Source of the DNA: Candidatus Marinacidobacterales bacterium
GTDB lineage: Bacteria; Acidobacteriota; Vicinamibacteria; Marinacidobacterales; SMYC01
NCBI GenBank assembly: GCA_965237955.1
Contig: OZ250169.1
Span: 3,168,001 to 3,232,000 of the forward strand
Direction of reading: 5' to 3'
Length of the DNA: 64,000 nucleotides
The position numbers were made by a program, and so were the translations under genes. Below, in pieces: positions 33,501 through 42,574 of the stretch. The notes under the pieces were generated by a model. That model was not told the DNA's origin and did no database searches. It worked only from the letters and a program-made list of their open reading frames with translations. Numbering within the stretch: position 1 is the first letter of the stretch; each line of letters opens with the position of its first letter.

Positions 33501-33732
33501 CACACGGTTCTCCTCTTGCAGGTAGTCGATCACATCCTGCTGCTGGCGGTTGACCCAGCCAGCTAGAACGAGCAGTAGGAATTGCACGTGGTACGTCATC
33601 ATGGATCTGAAGATAACACCCTCGGGCCAGACGATTGTAAAGCCTACGGCCCTTGGCCCCGGCGCAAACACAGACACTAAGCTGTTGATTTATGGCCTAT
33701 TTCAAAAGGGCCGAGTTTTGGCACAGGACGGG
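30515..33732 (-). mobile_element. Second long-IR rve element, interrupted by IS3 and with a rearranged left end
   Basis: Near-identical to 23511-24942. Transposase split into 30968-31768 and 33333-33602. An IS1-type IR sits at 30596-30618. Confidence 0.85.
31769..33332 (-). mobile_element. IS3-family element, second copy
   Basis: Inverted, near-identical copy of 11231-12794. GTAC duplication at 31765-31768 and 33333-33336. Confidence 0.95.
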
Positions 33733-33736
33733 ATGC

Positions 33737-36700
33737 TCAAGACGTTGTTTTTTTCGTTGCCGGTGTCTGGATGCGCGGGATCCGATTCTCCTCGATGGCG
33801 CGGTTGAGCTCGGCGATCTCGCCACTGACGACGGCCTTCAGCCGATCGAGCAGCTCGTCCAGCTCTCTCGACATCGACGCGATCTGCGCCTGCCGTTGGG
33901 CGCTCGGCGCTTCCGTGTAGGTGTCGAGGATGCCATAGAGACGCATCAGTCGTTGGTACAAAGGTCCGGATGCGCCACCAAAGGTGAGCGTTCGTCCCCC
34001 GTCGCGCGAGAGCAAGCGCTCGAGCTCCGATACGCTCGTTTTCACCGCCGCGAACGCGGTCGTGACCGTCTCGGGCGCGTCGTCGAGTGCGGCTTCGAGC
34101 CCCTCGGTCTGTTCGGTCAAGGCAGCGGCTTGCTCGTGCGCTTCGTGCATTCCCGAAATCAGCCGGCGAAGCTCGAGAAGAGCATCGAGATGCGCTCGGC
34201 GATCGGCGTCGCTCACGCGCACGTTTGGATCGTCGGTCACGATGACCGTGCGCTCGGCCGACTCTGAGCCGGCCTCGACCCGCACCGTGTAGGTACCGGG
34301 AAGGACTCGCGGTCTGAGAAGATTGATCGCCTCGAGGTTTCCATTCTGCCTACCCTCTTCGAGACCAGGAGGTGGATTGTTGGAGCCCTCCGCGGGCTCG
34401 GTCGGGATCGCTTCGTCATATCTCAGATCCCAGTTGGTGCGGTTGAGCCCTACGTGGCTCGAGCCTTCAATTGTACGGACGACCTGGCCGGTGGCGTCGG
34501 TCACGGTGACTTTCACCGCCTCTGGTTCGCTCAAATAGTAGTGGATGAGCGCCTGCGGCGGGTTCTTGGCGAGAAACACCTTGTGGCCCGGGTGGCCTTT
34601 GTAGTGGAAGAGGCGGTAGTTGATCGCGTCCCGAATGGGAAAGACATGAAGCTTCGCCGCAAGCACCGCGTCGCTCAAATTCTCGAGCGGCTTGATGTCG
34701 TCGAGGACCCAGATGCTGCGGCCGTATGTTCCTAGAATGAGGTCGTTGTCGCGCGGATGGATCGCGATGTCGTCGACCGGCACCCGGGGAAAGCTCCCGC
34801 GCATCTCGTGCCATACCTCGCCGCCGTCGAAAGAAACGTACACCCCCCGCTCGCCCCCGGCAAACAAAAGCGCACCGTTGTCCGGGTGCTCGCGGATGAC
34901 GTTCAGCGTGTGGCCTTCGGGGATACCTGTGGTGATGCGTCGCCACGTTTCACCGTTGTCGTCGCTCGCGAAGGCGTAGGTGGCGAAATCGCCGTTGCGG
35001 TGACCATCGAGGGTGGCATAGACGCGCCCTTCCGCATGGTGGGATGAAACGATCCGGGTGACGTGCGTTTCTTTGTGTATGCCGTCGTGGTGGATGCCAG
35101 GGGGGACGCCGGGCAAGTTGGCCGCGACGTTGTTCCAGCTTTCGCCACCGTCTCGTGAGACTTGAATATTGCCATCATCTGTTCCCACGTAGAGCAGGCC
35201 TTGAACGAGAGGAGACTCACTGATGGTTGTGATTGTCGAGGCGCCTCTGTTCCGCGACAGGGTGTCGTCGTTCAACGTTCCGCCCAGGTTCTTGGTCAAG
35301 TCGGCGGTACGAGTCCATTCGTCGCCCCGATTCGTCGACTTAAACAGCCGGTTGCCGCCGTAATAGATCGTCTTCGAATCGTGGGGCGAAATAACAATGG
35401 GACTGTTCCAGTTGAAACGGTAGGGGGCCTCACCTTCATCGGGCTCGGGCCGGATCGTCTTGATCTCGAGCCGCCTCACATTGAGGCGGCGCAAGACTCC
35501 GTTCTGCGACTCGAAGTAGATCGTCTTCGCGTCGTTGGGATCGACTTGGGTGTAGAAGCCGTCGTCGCCGCCGACGTGCCACCAATCTTCGTTGGAGATG
35601 CCTTGCTGGTGGCGGGTTCTAACCGGTCCTCCCCAGTTCGCGTTGTCCTGAAGACCGCCGTAGATATTGTAGGGGGTCTCCATGTCGTAACCGATCTCGT
35701 AAAACTGTCCTATCGCGATGGTGTTCACGAAATCCCAGGTGAGACCGCGATCGTAGGAGTAATGGATGCCCCCGTCCGAGCCCAAGAGCAGGTGGTTCGA
35801 ATCGCACGGGTTGATCCAAAGAGCATGGTGGTCACCGTGGATGCGGGTGACGTGATCGGTGACGAAGGTTCTTCCGCCATCGTCAGAGTTGTACATGCTG
35901 GCACCAAACACCCAGATGCGCTGATCGTTGAGGGGATCGATGCGAATCTCGCTGTAATTCGACGGGCTCGGGTTGGTATCGCTCATCCTCTTCCACGTTT
36001 CGCCCTTGTCTTCCGAACGAAAGATGCCACCCTCGGCGTTCTGGATAATCGCGTAGACGATGCGGGGGTCTTTGCGATAGATATCGAGGCCGATCCGGCC
36101 GGTGTCGCCTTCAGGGAGGCCGGTGGTGAGCTTCGTCCACGTCACCCCGCCGTCGGTCGTCTTGTACAGGCCGCTTTCGGGACCCCCGCCGTTGGAGCCG
36201 CGCCTCTGGTAGGCCGCGGCGTAGAGCGTGTCCGGACTTTCGAGATCCATCGCGAGGTCGATGAAGCCTGTGTCCTGGCTGATGAACGTGGTATTCTTCC
36301 AGGTCTTGCCACCGTCCGTCGTCTTGAAGACGCCCCGTTGCTCGTTCGGTCCCCTGGAACCACCGACCGCTGCAACGTAGACGATGTCGGGATTTGTAGG
36401 GTGGATGTGCATCCGTCCGATACGGTGGGTGTCCTCAAGTCCCATGTTCGTCCACGTTGCGCCACCGTCCATCGACTTGTAGACGCCATCGCCCCGTGAG
36501 GTGCGGTTTCCGGTGCCGGCCCATACGATCGAAGGGTCGGACGGCGCGACCGCGATATCGCCGACGCCCGATACCGGCTGGTCGTCGAAAAGCGGCTCCC
36601 ATGTGGTACCGTTGTTTGTCGTCTTCCAGATCCCGGCGGTCTCCGGCGCCACGAAGGCGATGTTCGGGTTCGACTCGACGACCGCGAAATCGACGATGCG

Positions 36701-36832
36701 TCCGCCGAAAATCGCCGGGCCGATACTGCGCCATTCGAGGTTGTCGAGCACGGAATCCACGGCGTCGTCCCCGAATGCGCCTGACGCGCTCAAGGTGAGG
36801 GCTAGGAAAGCAAGGAGAAAAAAGCGTCTCAT
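33737..36832 (-). CDS. Secreted VPS10/BNR-repeat beta-propeller protein (glycosyl hydrolase-like)
   Basis: Signal peptide, WRSIGPA..GGR, many S.D.G.TW Asp-boxes and GGLQDN. Confidence 0.9.
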   Translation of the reverse strand: MRRFFLLAFLALTLSASGAFGDDAVDSVLDNLEWRSIGPAIFGGRIVDFAVVESNPNIAFVAPETAGIWKTTNNGTTWEPLFDDQPVSGVGDIAVAPSDPSIVWAGTGNRTSRGDGVYKSMDGGATWTNMGLEDTHRIGRMHIHPTNPDIVYVAAVGGSRGPNEQRGVFKTTDGGKTWKNTTFISQDTGFIDLAMDLESPDTLYAAAYQRRGSNGGGPESGLYKTTDGGVTWTKLTTGLPEGDTGRIGLDIYRKDPRIVYAIIQNAEGGIFRSEDKGETWKRMSDTNPSPSNYSEIRIDPLNDQRIWVFGASMYNSDDGGRTFVTDHVTRIHGDHHALWINPCDSNHLLLGSDGGIHYSYDRGLTWDFVNTIAIGQFYEIGYDMETPYNIYGGLQDNANWGGPVRTRHQQGISNEDWWHVGGDDGFYTQVDPNDAKTIYFESQNGVLRRLNVRRLEIKTIRPEPDEGEAPYRFNWNSPIVISPHDSKTIYYGGNRLFKSTNRGDEWTRTADLTKNLGGTLNDDTLSRNRGASTITTISESPLVQGLLYVGTDDGNIQVSRDGGESWNNVAANLPGVPPGIHHDGIHKETHVTRIVSSHHAEGRVYATLDGHRNGDFATYAFASDDNGETWRRITTGIPEGHTLNVIREHPDNGALLFAGGERGVYVSFDGGEVWHEMRGSFPRVPVDDIAIHPRDNDLILGTYGRSIWVLDDIKPLENLSDAVLAAKLHVFPIRDAINYRLFHYKGHPGHKVFLAKNPPQALIHYYLSEPEAVKVTVTDATGQVVRTIEGSSHVGLNRTNWDLRYDEAIPTEPAEGSNNPPPGLEEGRQNGNLEAINLLRPRVLPGTYTVRVEAGSESAERTVIVTDDPNVRVSDADRRAHLDALLELRRLISGMHEAHEQAAALTEQTEGLEAALDDAPETVTTAFAAVKTSVSELERLLSRDGGRTLTFGGASGPLYQRLMRLYGILDTYTEAPSAQRQAQIASMSRELDELLDRLKAVVSGEIAELNRAIEENRIPRIQTPATKKTTS

Positions 36833-36915
36833 CCTGTATACCTCCCAGTTTGGGGCATCCTACCCGACGTGATAAGAGAATGTCCACGTTCACTCGCGAC
36901 GCAATACTTAGCTAG

Positions 36916-37040
36916 TCCCCTGGATCTTTGATTACTATACAAAGTTAGGCTTTTCGCCAGCCCATAAGATTCATAAGATTCATGCACTTAGAAGGGTTTC
37001 GGCAAGCTCTGTTTTATCTAGTTTGTTCTGATACAGGGGA
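36916..37040. mobile_element. 125-bp CTAG MITE, second copy
   Basis: Reverse complement of 25182-25306 with a couple of differences. CTAG on both sides. Confidence 0.85.
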
Positions 37041-37113
37041 CTAGAGCATTTTCGCTTGGTCAGCGCTCGAGAGTATTTTGACGGGAATCGGACCTCCAGG
37101 CCGGCACGTGACA

Positions 37114-37688
37114 CCCGTCGTGTCCAAAAACACGAACGAACTCAAGACCTCGTCGTGTCCAAAAACACAAACGCGTTGCCAAGCCCTTGATGGTTGAGCT
37201 CTCCATGATAATGATAGATGAACTCGGCGACGGCCCGGCGCGTGGGTCTTAGAGTTCGTTTGTATTTTTGGACACGACGGGCTTCCCGATGCTAGAAACG
37301 TAGCAGCCCCGCCAAGCCATTCACGGGAGCGCACCTTGCGCTCGGACTGAGGTAACTGGTCGCGCTGGTCTTGAGTTCGTTTGTGTTTTTGGATACGACG
37401 CGTCCAGAACAATAGACCGGATATTCGAAAACAGTCGCACGAGCGAGCCTCTCCACGTTACCTAAGACGCCGGTGGCGTCGTCGGGTCGACCGGCACGAA
37501 GCAGCCGAGCATGGCAGGTCTAAACCGCGCAATCAACGCCGGAACGCGATCTTCTTTTTTTGCGCATCACAGGCCGACCGGAGCTGGCCGGTCTTGGCTG
37601 GAAACCAATGAGAAACAGGGAAACCCAGGCAATTCGGGGCCATTTTGGGTCTGATCTTGAGTTCGTTTGTATTTTTGGACAGGACGGG
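37114..37688. repeat. Cluster of five rve-element termini plus one MITE end
   Basis: The (CC)CGTCGTGTCCAAAAACACAAACGAACTC motif occurs at 37114 and 37149 (+) and at 37248-37281, 37370-37400 and 37657-37688 (-). Confidence 0.75.
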
Positions 37689-38795
37689 CTTCGTGTGTCG
37701 CCTGCCCCCTGGAGCGCGCCCGTGTAGTTGAGCGCGACGGTGACGAAGAGAGCGGAAACGCTGAGATAACTCAGGAGCTCGCCTCCGAGCGCGAGCACGA
37801 TCGGCTCGTTGAGACCGAATACGCCGAGCAGTTTTTCTGGAATCAGAAGGAAGAGAGATCCGAGGCTTGCGGCGAGGAGCAAGCCGAACATTGCGCTCGT
37901 GCGTGCGGCCTTTTTCGTACGGTCGGGAAAACCGGCGCCTAGATTCTGGCCGGCGACGGCTGAAGTGGCAGCCATCAGCCCCACCGACGTCCATGTCACC
38001 AGCGAGAACAGCTGCGTGTAGCCGACGGCGTAGGCTGCTTGAGCTTCGGCGCTGTGGGGAAGCGAGCCGACGAAGCCCAGGAGCGCCGCGCCGCCGAGAT
38101 TCATCGCGATCCCTTGGAAACCAGTTGGCAGCCCGAATCGAAAGAGCTCACGGATGATCCCCCAGTCGGGGCGAAAGGAGATCGTCTCGGGAAGCCGGAC
38201 GACGAGCTTCTTCGTCACCAGCAGATACATGGCATAACCGCCGACCACGCCCGATGAGATGACGGTCCCGAGCGCGGCGCCGAGCGTTCCGTAAGCGGGG
38301 ATGGGACCCCATCCGCGGATCAACACGACGCTTGCAAGGAAATTGAGCGCCGTCATCGCGACGCCGAGGCGGAGAGAGTACAGAAGCATGCCGAAGCTGA
38401 ATACGAACAGCGTCCTGAGGTAGAGGCGTTCTTGCGTCGCCCGCCGCGCGGAGAACGCCGGCCAACATGGCCGTCAAGATCCCCTGGAAGACGACGCGGT
38501 TGACCTTCTCGGGCTCGCCCGCGCCGGCAAACCGGGCGACGAGGATGCCCATACCCGTGAAAACGGAGGCGACGAAGACGATGACCACCAGGAAGATTTG
38601 CCAGCTCACGCCGATGGCGGCGTTACCGGTAAAGCCGACGTAGCGCCCCACAAGGGTGTGATCGACCATGCCTTGCAGGCCGGCGATGACGTTTTGCAGC
38701 ATCGTCGGCCACGCCAGCTTCCATACGGCTCTGGAGATCGGGCCTTGGACGATCTCGGGGTCGAACTTCTGAAGTTTCGAGTCGCGGGCTGCCAT
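37689..38795 (-). pseudogene. MATE-family efflux transporter, internally deleted and 3'-truncated
   Basis: KLAWP, LRAAGDARTP, GQNLGAG and GAGDTRSP motifs. Frame breaks near 38400-38460. Confidence 0.85.
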
Positions 38796-38845
38796 TGGCG
38801 TCGGTCGGGGATTGTAACGCGCGCGCGCGTCGTTATACTCACGCA

Positions 38846-39322
38846 ATGACCGACAGCGACCGTATTCTCCGCGAGCACCTCGTGAAGCTCTTGGACGGCC
38901 GGCAGGCCCATGTGGGCATAGACTCGGCGATCGACAAGCTATCGCTCGACGATCTTTCGAGAAAGCCGGAGCGCGCGCCTTGGACTCTGTGGGAGCTCTT
39001 CGAGCACATCCGCATAGCGCAGTGGGACATCGTCGAGTTCAGCAAGAGCGCTGAGCATCAATCGCCCGAGTACCCAAAAGGTTATTGGCCCGATGACGAA
39101 GCCCCGCAAGACGCGGATGCATGGAAGCAGAGCGTCGCGTCGTTCCGGCGTGATCTCGCTGCCATGAAAGCGATGGTGCACGACCCGGAAGTCGACCTCC
39201 ACGCGAAAATCCCGCACGGGGACGGGCAAACGATTCTTCGGGAGGTGATGCTGATCGCGGATCACGACGCGTACCATCTCGGGCAGATGGTGCTCCTGAT
39301 GAAAATGCTCGGGCGGTGGTAG
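38846..39322 (+). CDS. DinB-family protein
   Basis: EHIRIAQWDI and DHDAYHLGQ motifs. Confidence 0.85.
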   Translation: MTDSDRILREHLVKLLDGRQAHVGIDSAIDKLSLDDLSRKPERAPWTLWELFEHIRIAQWDIVEFSKSAEHQSPEYPKGYWPDDEAPQDADAWKQSVASFRRDLAAMKAMVHDPEVDLHAKIPHGDGQTILREVMLIADHDAYHLGQMVLLMKMLGRW

Positions 39323-39329
39323 AAAGGCT

Positions 39330-39500
39330 TTGCGAGGAGGACGGAGATGGTCAGACCCTCAGGGAAATGGGTCGGGGCGAGAGCGATTACACCGCAGCGA
39401 ACGTGCAGCACTGGCACGGCGCCGCGCCTGACGAGCCGTTCGGCAGGTCGCCGTCGGCTTCGGGAGTGGCATTACCTGGCTCGAGAAAGTTACGGACGAG
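39330..39500 (+). pseudogene. Cupin-domain remnant
   Basis: G...YT..NVQHWHGAAPD, then W.EKVTDEEY in a shifted frame. Confidence 0.5.
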
Positions 39501-39526
39501 GAATACGAAGGCGGCGCACGATAGCG

Positions 39527-40324
39527 TCAGCCTCGAGTGCCGTTTCTCTCTCGAGCGAGCTCGTCGTGGCGGCGAGCGCTCTCCAAGAGAATCTCCATAC
39601 CGTTTTCGGTCATGGTTCGCTGGGGGGCGCGGAACTCGGGCTCGAACTTGAATCGCCCGTGGTTGAGAAAACACATTCGATTGAAGGCGTCGATGTCGCT
39701 TTCTTGCGCGAGCTCGGCGTGGACCAGGTTGCCGTCTTCGACGTAGATGTGGCCGGGCCGTCGGCTTCCGTTGAGGACGACGATGCGGCCCGTCTTCCGG
39801 CTCGTAAATAGGAACTCGAGAACGCCGGGGAACGTGTCGTCGGCAAGATCGCCCTCGAGCGGGCTCGAGGGTTCTGGTTCGACGCGCTCGCGCCGGCGGC
39901 GGTTTCGGACCGCCCGCATGGTCTTGACCAGATCCTCGTCACTCGCGGCGGCGGACGCGCACGCTTCCGTCGGATACACCATCGACATGTCGGGATCGGA
40001 AGAGTCGCTATCGACGAGGATCATGACCGGAATATCCATCGTTTTGGGATTCTCCTTGATGCTTCGGGCAAGCTCCGAAGCTCCTGGCGGCCCCGTGAAC
40101 GGCGCCACCAGGACGAGGTCCGGCTGCGAACGCTGGCTGACGACGCGCGTCATCGGCCCGGAGTTCGCGGTCAAGATCCTGAAACCGGCACGCTTGGCCA
40201 GCGTTCGGTATCGTTCGCACTCCGTGCCGGGGCTTTCGACGAGCAACAGCGTCGGGTTGGTGAACGTGCCCGTCGGAGCCGGAGAGCGATTCTCTGGAAG
40301 CAAGACGAACTCTTGGTGCGCCAT
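39527..40324 (-). CDS. Atypical receiver-domain protein with DUF4388/PatA-N domain
   Basis: LLVE...PDLVLV (no phospho-acceptor Asp), then LEGDL...KTG...G.F.F...LLES.R..DE. Confidence 0.75.
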   Translation of the reverse strand: MAHQEFVLLPENRSPAPTGTFTNPTLLLVESPGTECERYRTLAKRAGFRILTANSGPMTRVVSQRSQPDLVLVAPFTGPPGASELARSIKENPKTMDIPVMILVDSDSSDPDMSMVYPTEACASAAASDEDLVKTMRAVRNRRRRERVEPEPSSPLEGDLADDTFPGVLEFLFTSRKTGRIVVLNGSRRPGHIYVEDGNLVHAELAQESDIDAFNRMCFLNHGRFKFEPEFRAPQRTMTENGMEILLESARRHDELARERNGTRG

Positions 40325-40982
40325 GTGTCGAGATCCTTCGTTAAAGATTGGCCACACTTCATGAGGACCGCGGCGCGCACCGCAAGACAGCCCTCGTTAA
40401 ACAGCCTGCAGGACCCCAGACCCCCTCGTCACTGCTAATGCTCACTTCTACAGTCGCGCTCACGCTGGAAAAAGTCACTCGAGTTTCGGTGATTTTTACT
40501 GCTTGTCGGGAGGCGCGCCAGATGCTACATTTGTTGGGTACCAAAGAAAACTGAATAAGTTTCGTCTAGCACCCAAACGCGGCCTCCCCTACCTGGCTTG
40601 CGTTGCCCCCCAGCCCGGGAGCTCGACCGAATACGGCGACTCGTCGCCGTTCGTGTAGAGCCAGGCTTCGTGACCCCTACCCACGTTGGCCCTGGAGGGA
40701 GGCAGGCAAGAACCAAAACCGGCGTCCAGTGCGGGCGACACACCTCCTAGTGTCACCTCGCGCGCCCGACGACGCCGCAAGCGTAGGGGTGTCCTATGAA
40801 AGTCAAGACCCGCATCCAGGCTGGTACTAAGCTGGGATTCGAACGACCACCACAGCCCGTAGTCCATTCGACCTCTTCGCACGGCGGTCCAGCGAGACCG
40901 CCGTGCGAAGACACCTGTCAGGACCCGCCTCACCAATTTGTAGTATCTTCAGGCCGCGCCAACTGGAGCGGCCTGAATGCGG

Positions 40983-42347
40983 ATGAAACGGCACACCCTC
41001 CGAGTCTCTACCTTCCACGCGGTTTTTGTTCTCGTCGCTGTTCCCCTTGCGTCAGCGGAGGCATCGCCCGAGGCGAGAGAGCGTTTTTTCGAAATCCTGA
41101 AATTGAAGGGCGAAGGCGCCTACACGCGTGCTCTGGAGGATGCGAAACAGCTTGCTTCGGAGCACCCGATTTCGAGACCGTCCATCGAACTATCGTCGAC
41201 CTCTACCTCCTATTGGATGACATCGATGCGGCGCGCCGCGACTTCGAGGGGCGAATCGAACGCGATTCCCAAACCGCCTACGCGTACTACGGAATGGGAC
41301 GGATCGATTTCCACGAAGGCGACTTCGACGGCGCGATCGAGAACCTCAAGCGCGCCATACTTCTAGAGCCCAACTTCGCCGAGCCTTTCGGCCTGCGTGG
41401 CGGCCTCCCCGGGGTTTATGAAGCCAGAAAAGATCTCGACGCCGCGATCGCCTACTTCGAGACCCTCACGCTTTCGTCTCCGGACAATGCCAACGCCTTT
41501 TCGGGATTGGGTTGGAGCTATGCCAGAAGCTTCCAAGTTGACAAAGCCATTCCCGCGTTCATGAACGCGCTCGAGATCAATCCCGGCCACGTCCAGTCTT
41601 ACCACGGGCTCGTACAGACTTTTTCTCGAACTGGCCGGTACCAGAAGGGCTTGGAATCCTGCGAAGCATTGAGCGACGCGGCCACGCGAAACGGTGACTT
41701 CGAGATGCTCGCCTACGCCCGAATGATGCAGGGAACTATCGCCTACCGCCGGGGAGACTATCGGACGGCCCTCGTCCATCTCGGCGAAGCCCAAAGACTC
41801 TCCAAAGAAATCGGAGACAGGGCTAGGGAAGGAAGTACCGTGAACAACACCACCATCGTCTACGCGACGGCGGGAGACTACGAAAGAGCACTGCAATACT
41901 TCGAGACCAGCCGCGAGCTCGCCAGAGAGAGCGGCGACGCCCAAGCCGAGCTCAACGCTCTCAATAACATCGGAAGCGTTCACAAGGAAGCTGGGCGCTA
42001 CGAGCGCGCCCTCGTGTCCTATCGCAAGGTAGCTACCGCGAGACGAGAAGCGGGATTCCAGAGCCAGCTGAGTTCGACTCTTGCCAACATGGCGGAGGCG
42101 TTCCAACGTCGCGGCGATCTCGAAGAAGCTCGGCACTATTACAACCAAGCTTTGAAGATTGCAGAAGAGACCCAGAACAAAAGAATCGAAGCTTTACTGG
42201 CTTCTCGGGAAGGCCCACCTCATGAAACAGGATCAGGACCGAGCCCTCGAAGCATTCACCAAGGTCGAGCAGCTCAAGGGAAGACGCGCGGTAGAAGCGC
42301 GACAACTCATCGACGCGATCGCAGAGATCGACGTCAACGGCGGCTGA
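40983..42347 (+). pseudogene. Secreted TPR protein: frameshifted and deletion-fused to another gene's C-terminus
   Basis: Signal peptide, frameshift near 41170 and TPR repeats (LNNIG, A..YY.QAL). Abrupt switch near 42190 to YWLLGKAHL... Confidence 0.7.
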
Positions 42348-42358
42348 TTCAGCCCCAA

Positions 42359-42565
42359 TTATTCGCTCGCCTGCCTCCGGGTGCTCGTTACACGCTCGTG
42401 CAGCTGCATGATGGCGCTGCTCCCGGTCGTTGGAAACAGCGCGGGAACGAGCGCATGCACGACGCAGGCGAGCGAGCCCACGAACATCGTCCACCCGACG
42501 GAGGCGGCGAAAACTGCGTGTTCGTCCACGGACGCGAGGTGGTCGAGAAATATTTTTCTTATCAT
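42359..42565 (-). CDS. DUF6356-like small protein (appears shortened)
   Basis: F.DH.ASV.E...ACVVHALVPALF.TTGS. Confidence 0.6.
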   Translation of the reverse strand: MIRKIFLDHLASVDEHAVFAASVGWTMFVGSLACVVHALVPALFPTTGSSAIMQLHERVTSTRRQASE

Positions 42566-42574
42566 GACGGTTAC

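Noticed and set aside
37114-37688. CRISPR array
   Set aside because: The repeats are in both orientations, irregularly spaced, and match the rve-element terminus at 16097. No cas genes are present.
40570-40790. Structured ncRNA in the intergenic region
   Set aside because: GC hairpins are present but no recognisable family motif. This is expected by chance at this GC content.
40830-40850. tRNA or att fragment (GGGATTCGAAC)
   Set aside because: Only a T-loop-like word is present, with no cloverleaf or CCA end.
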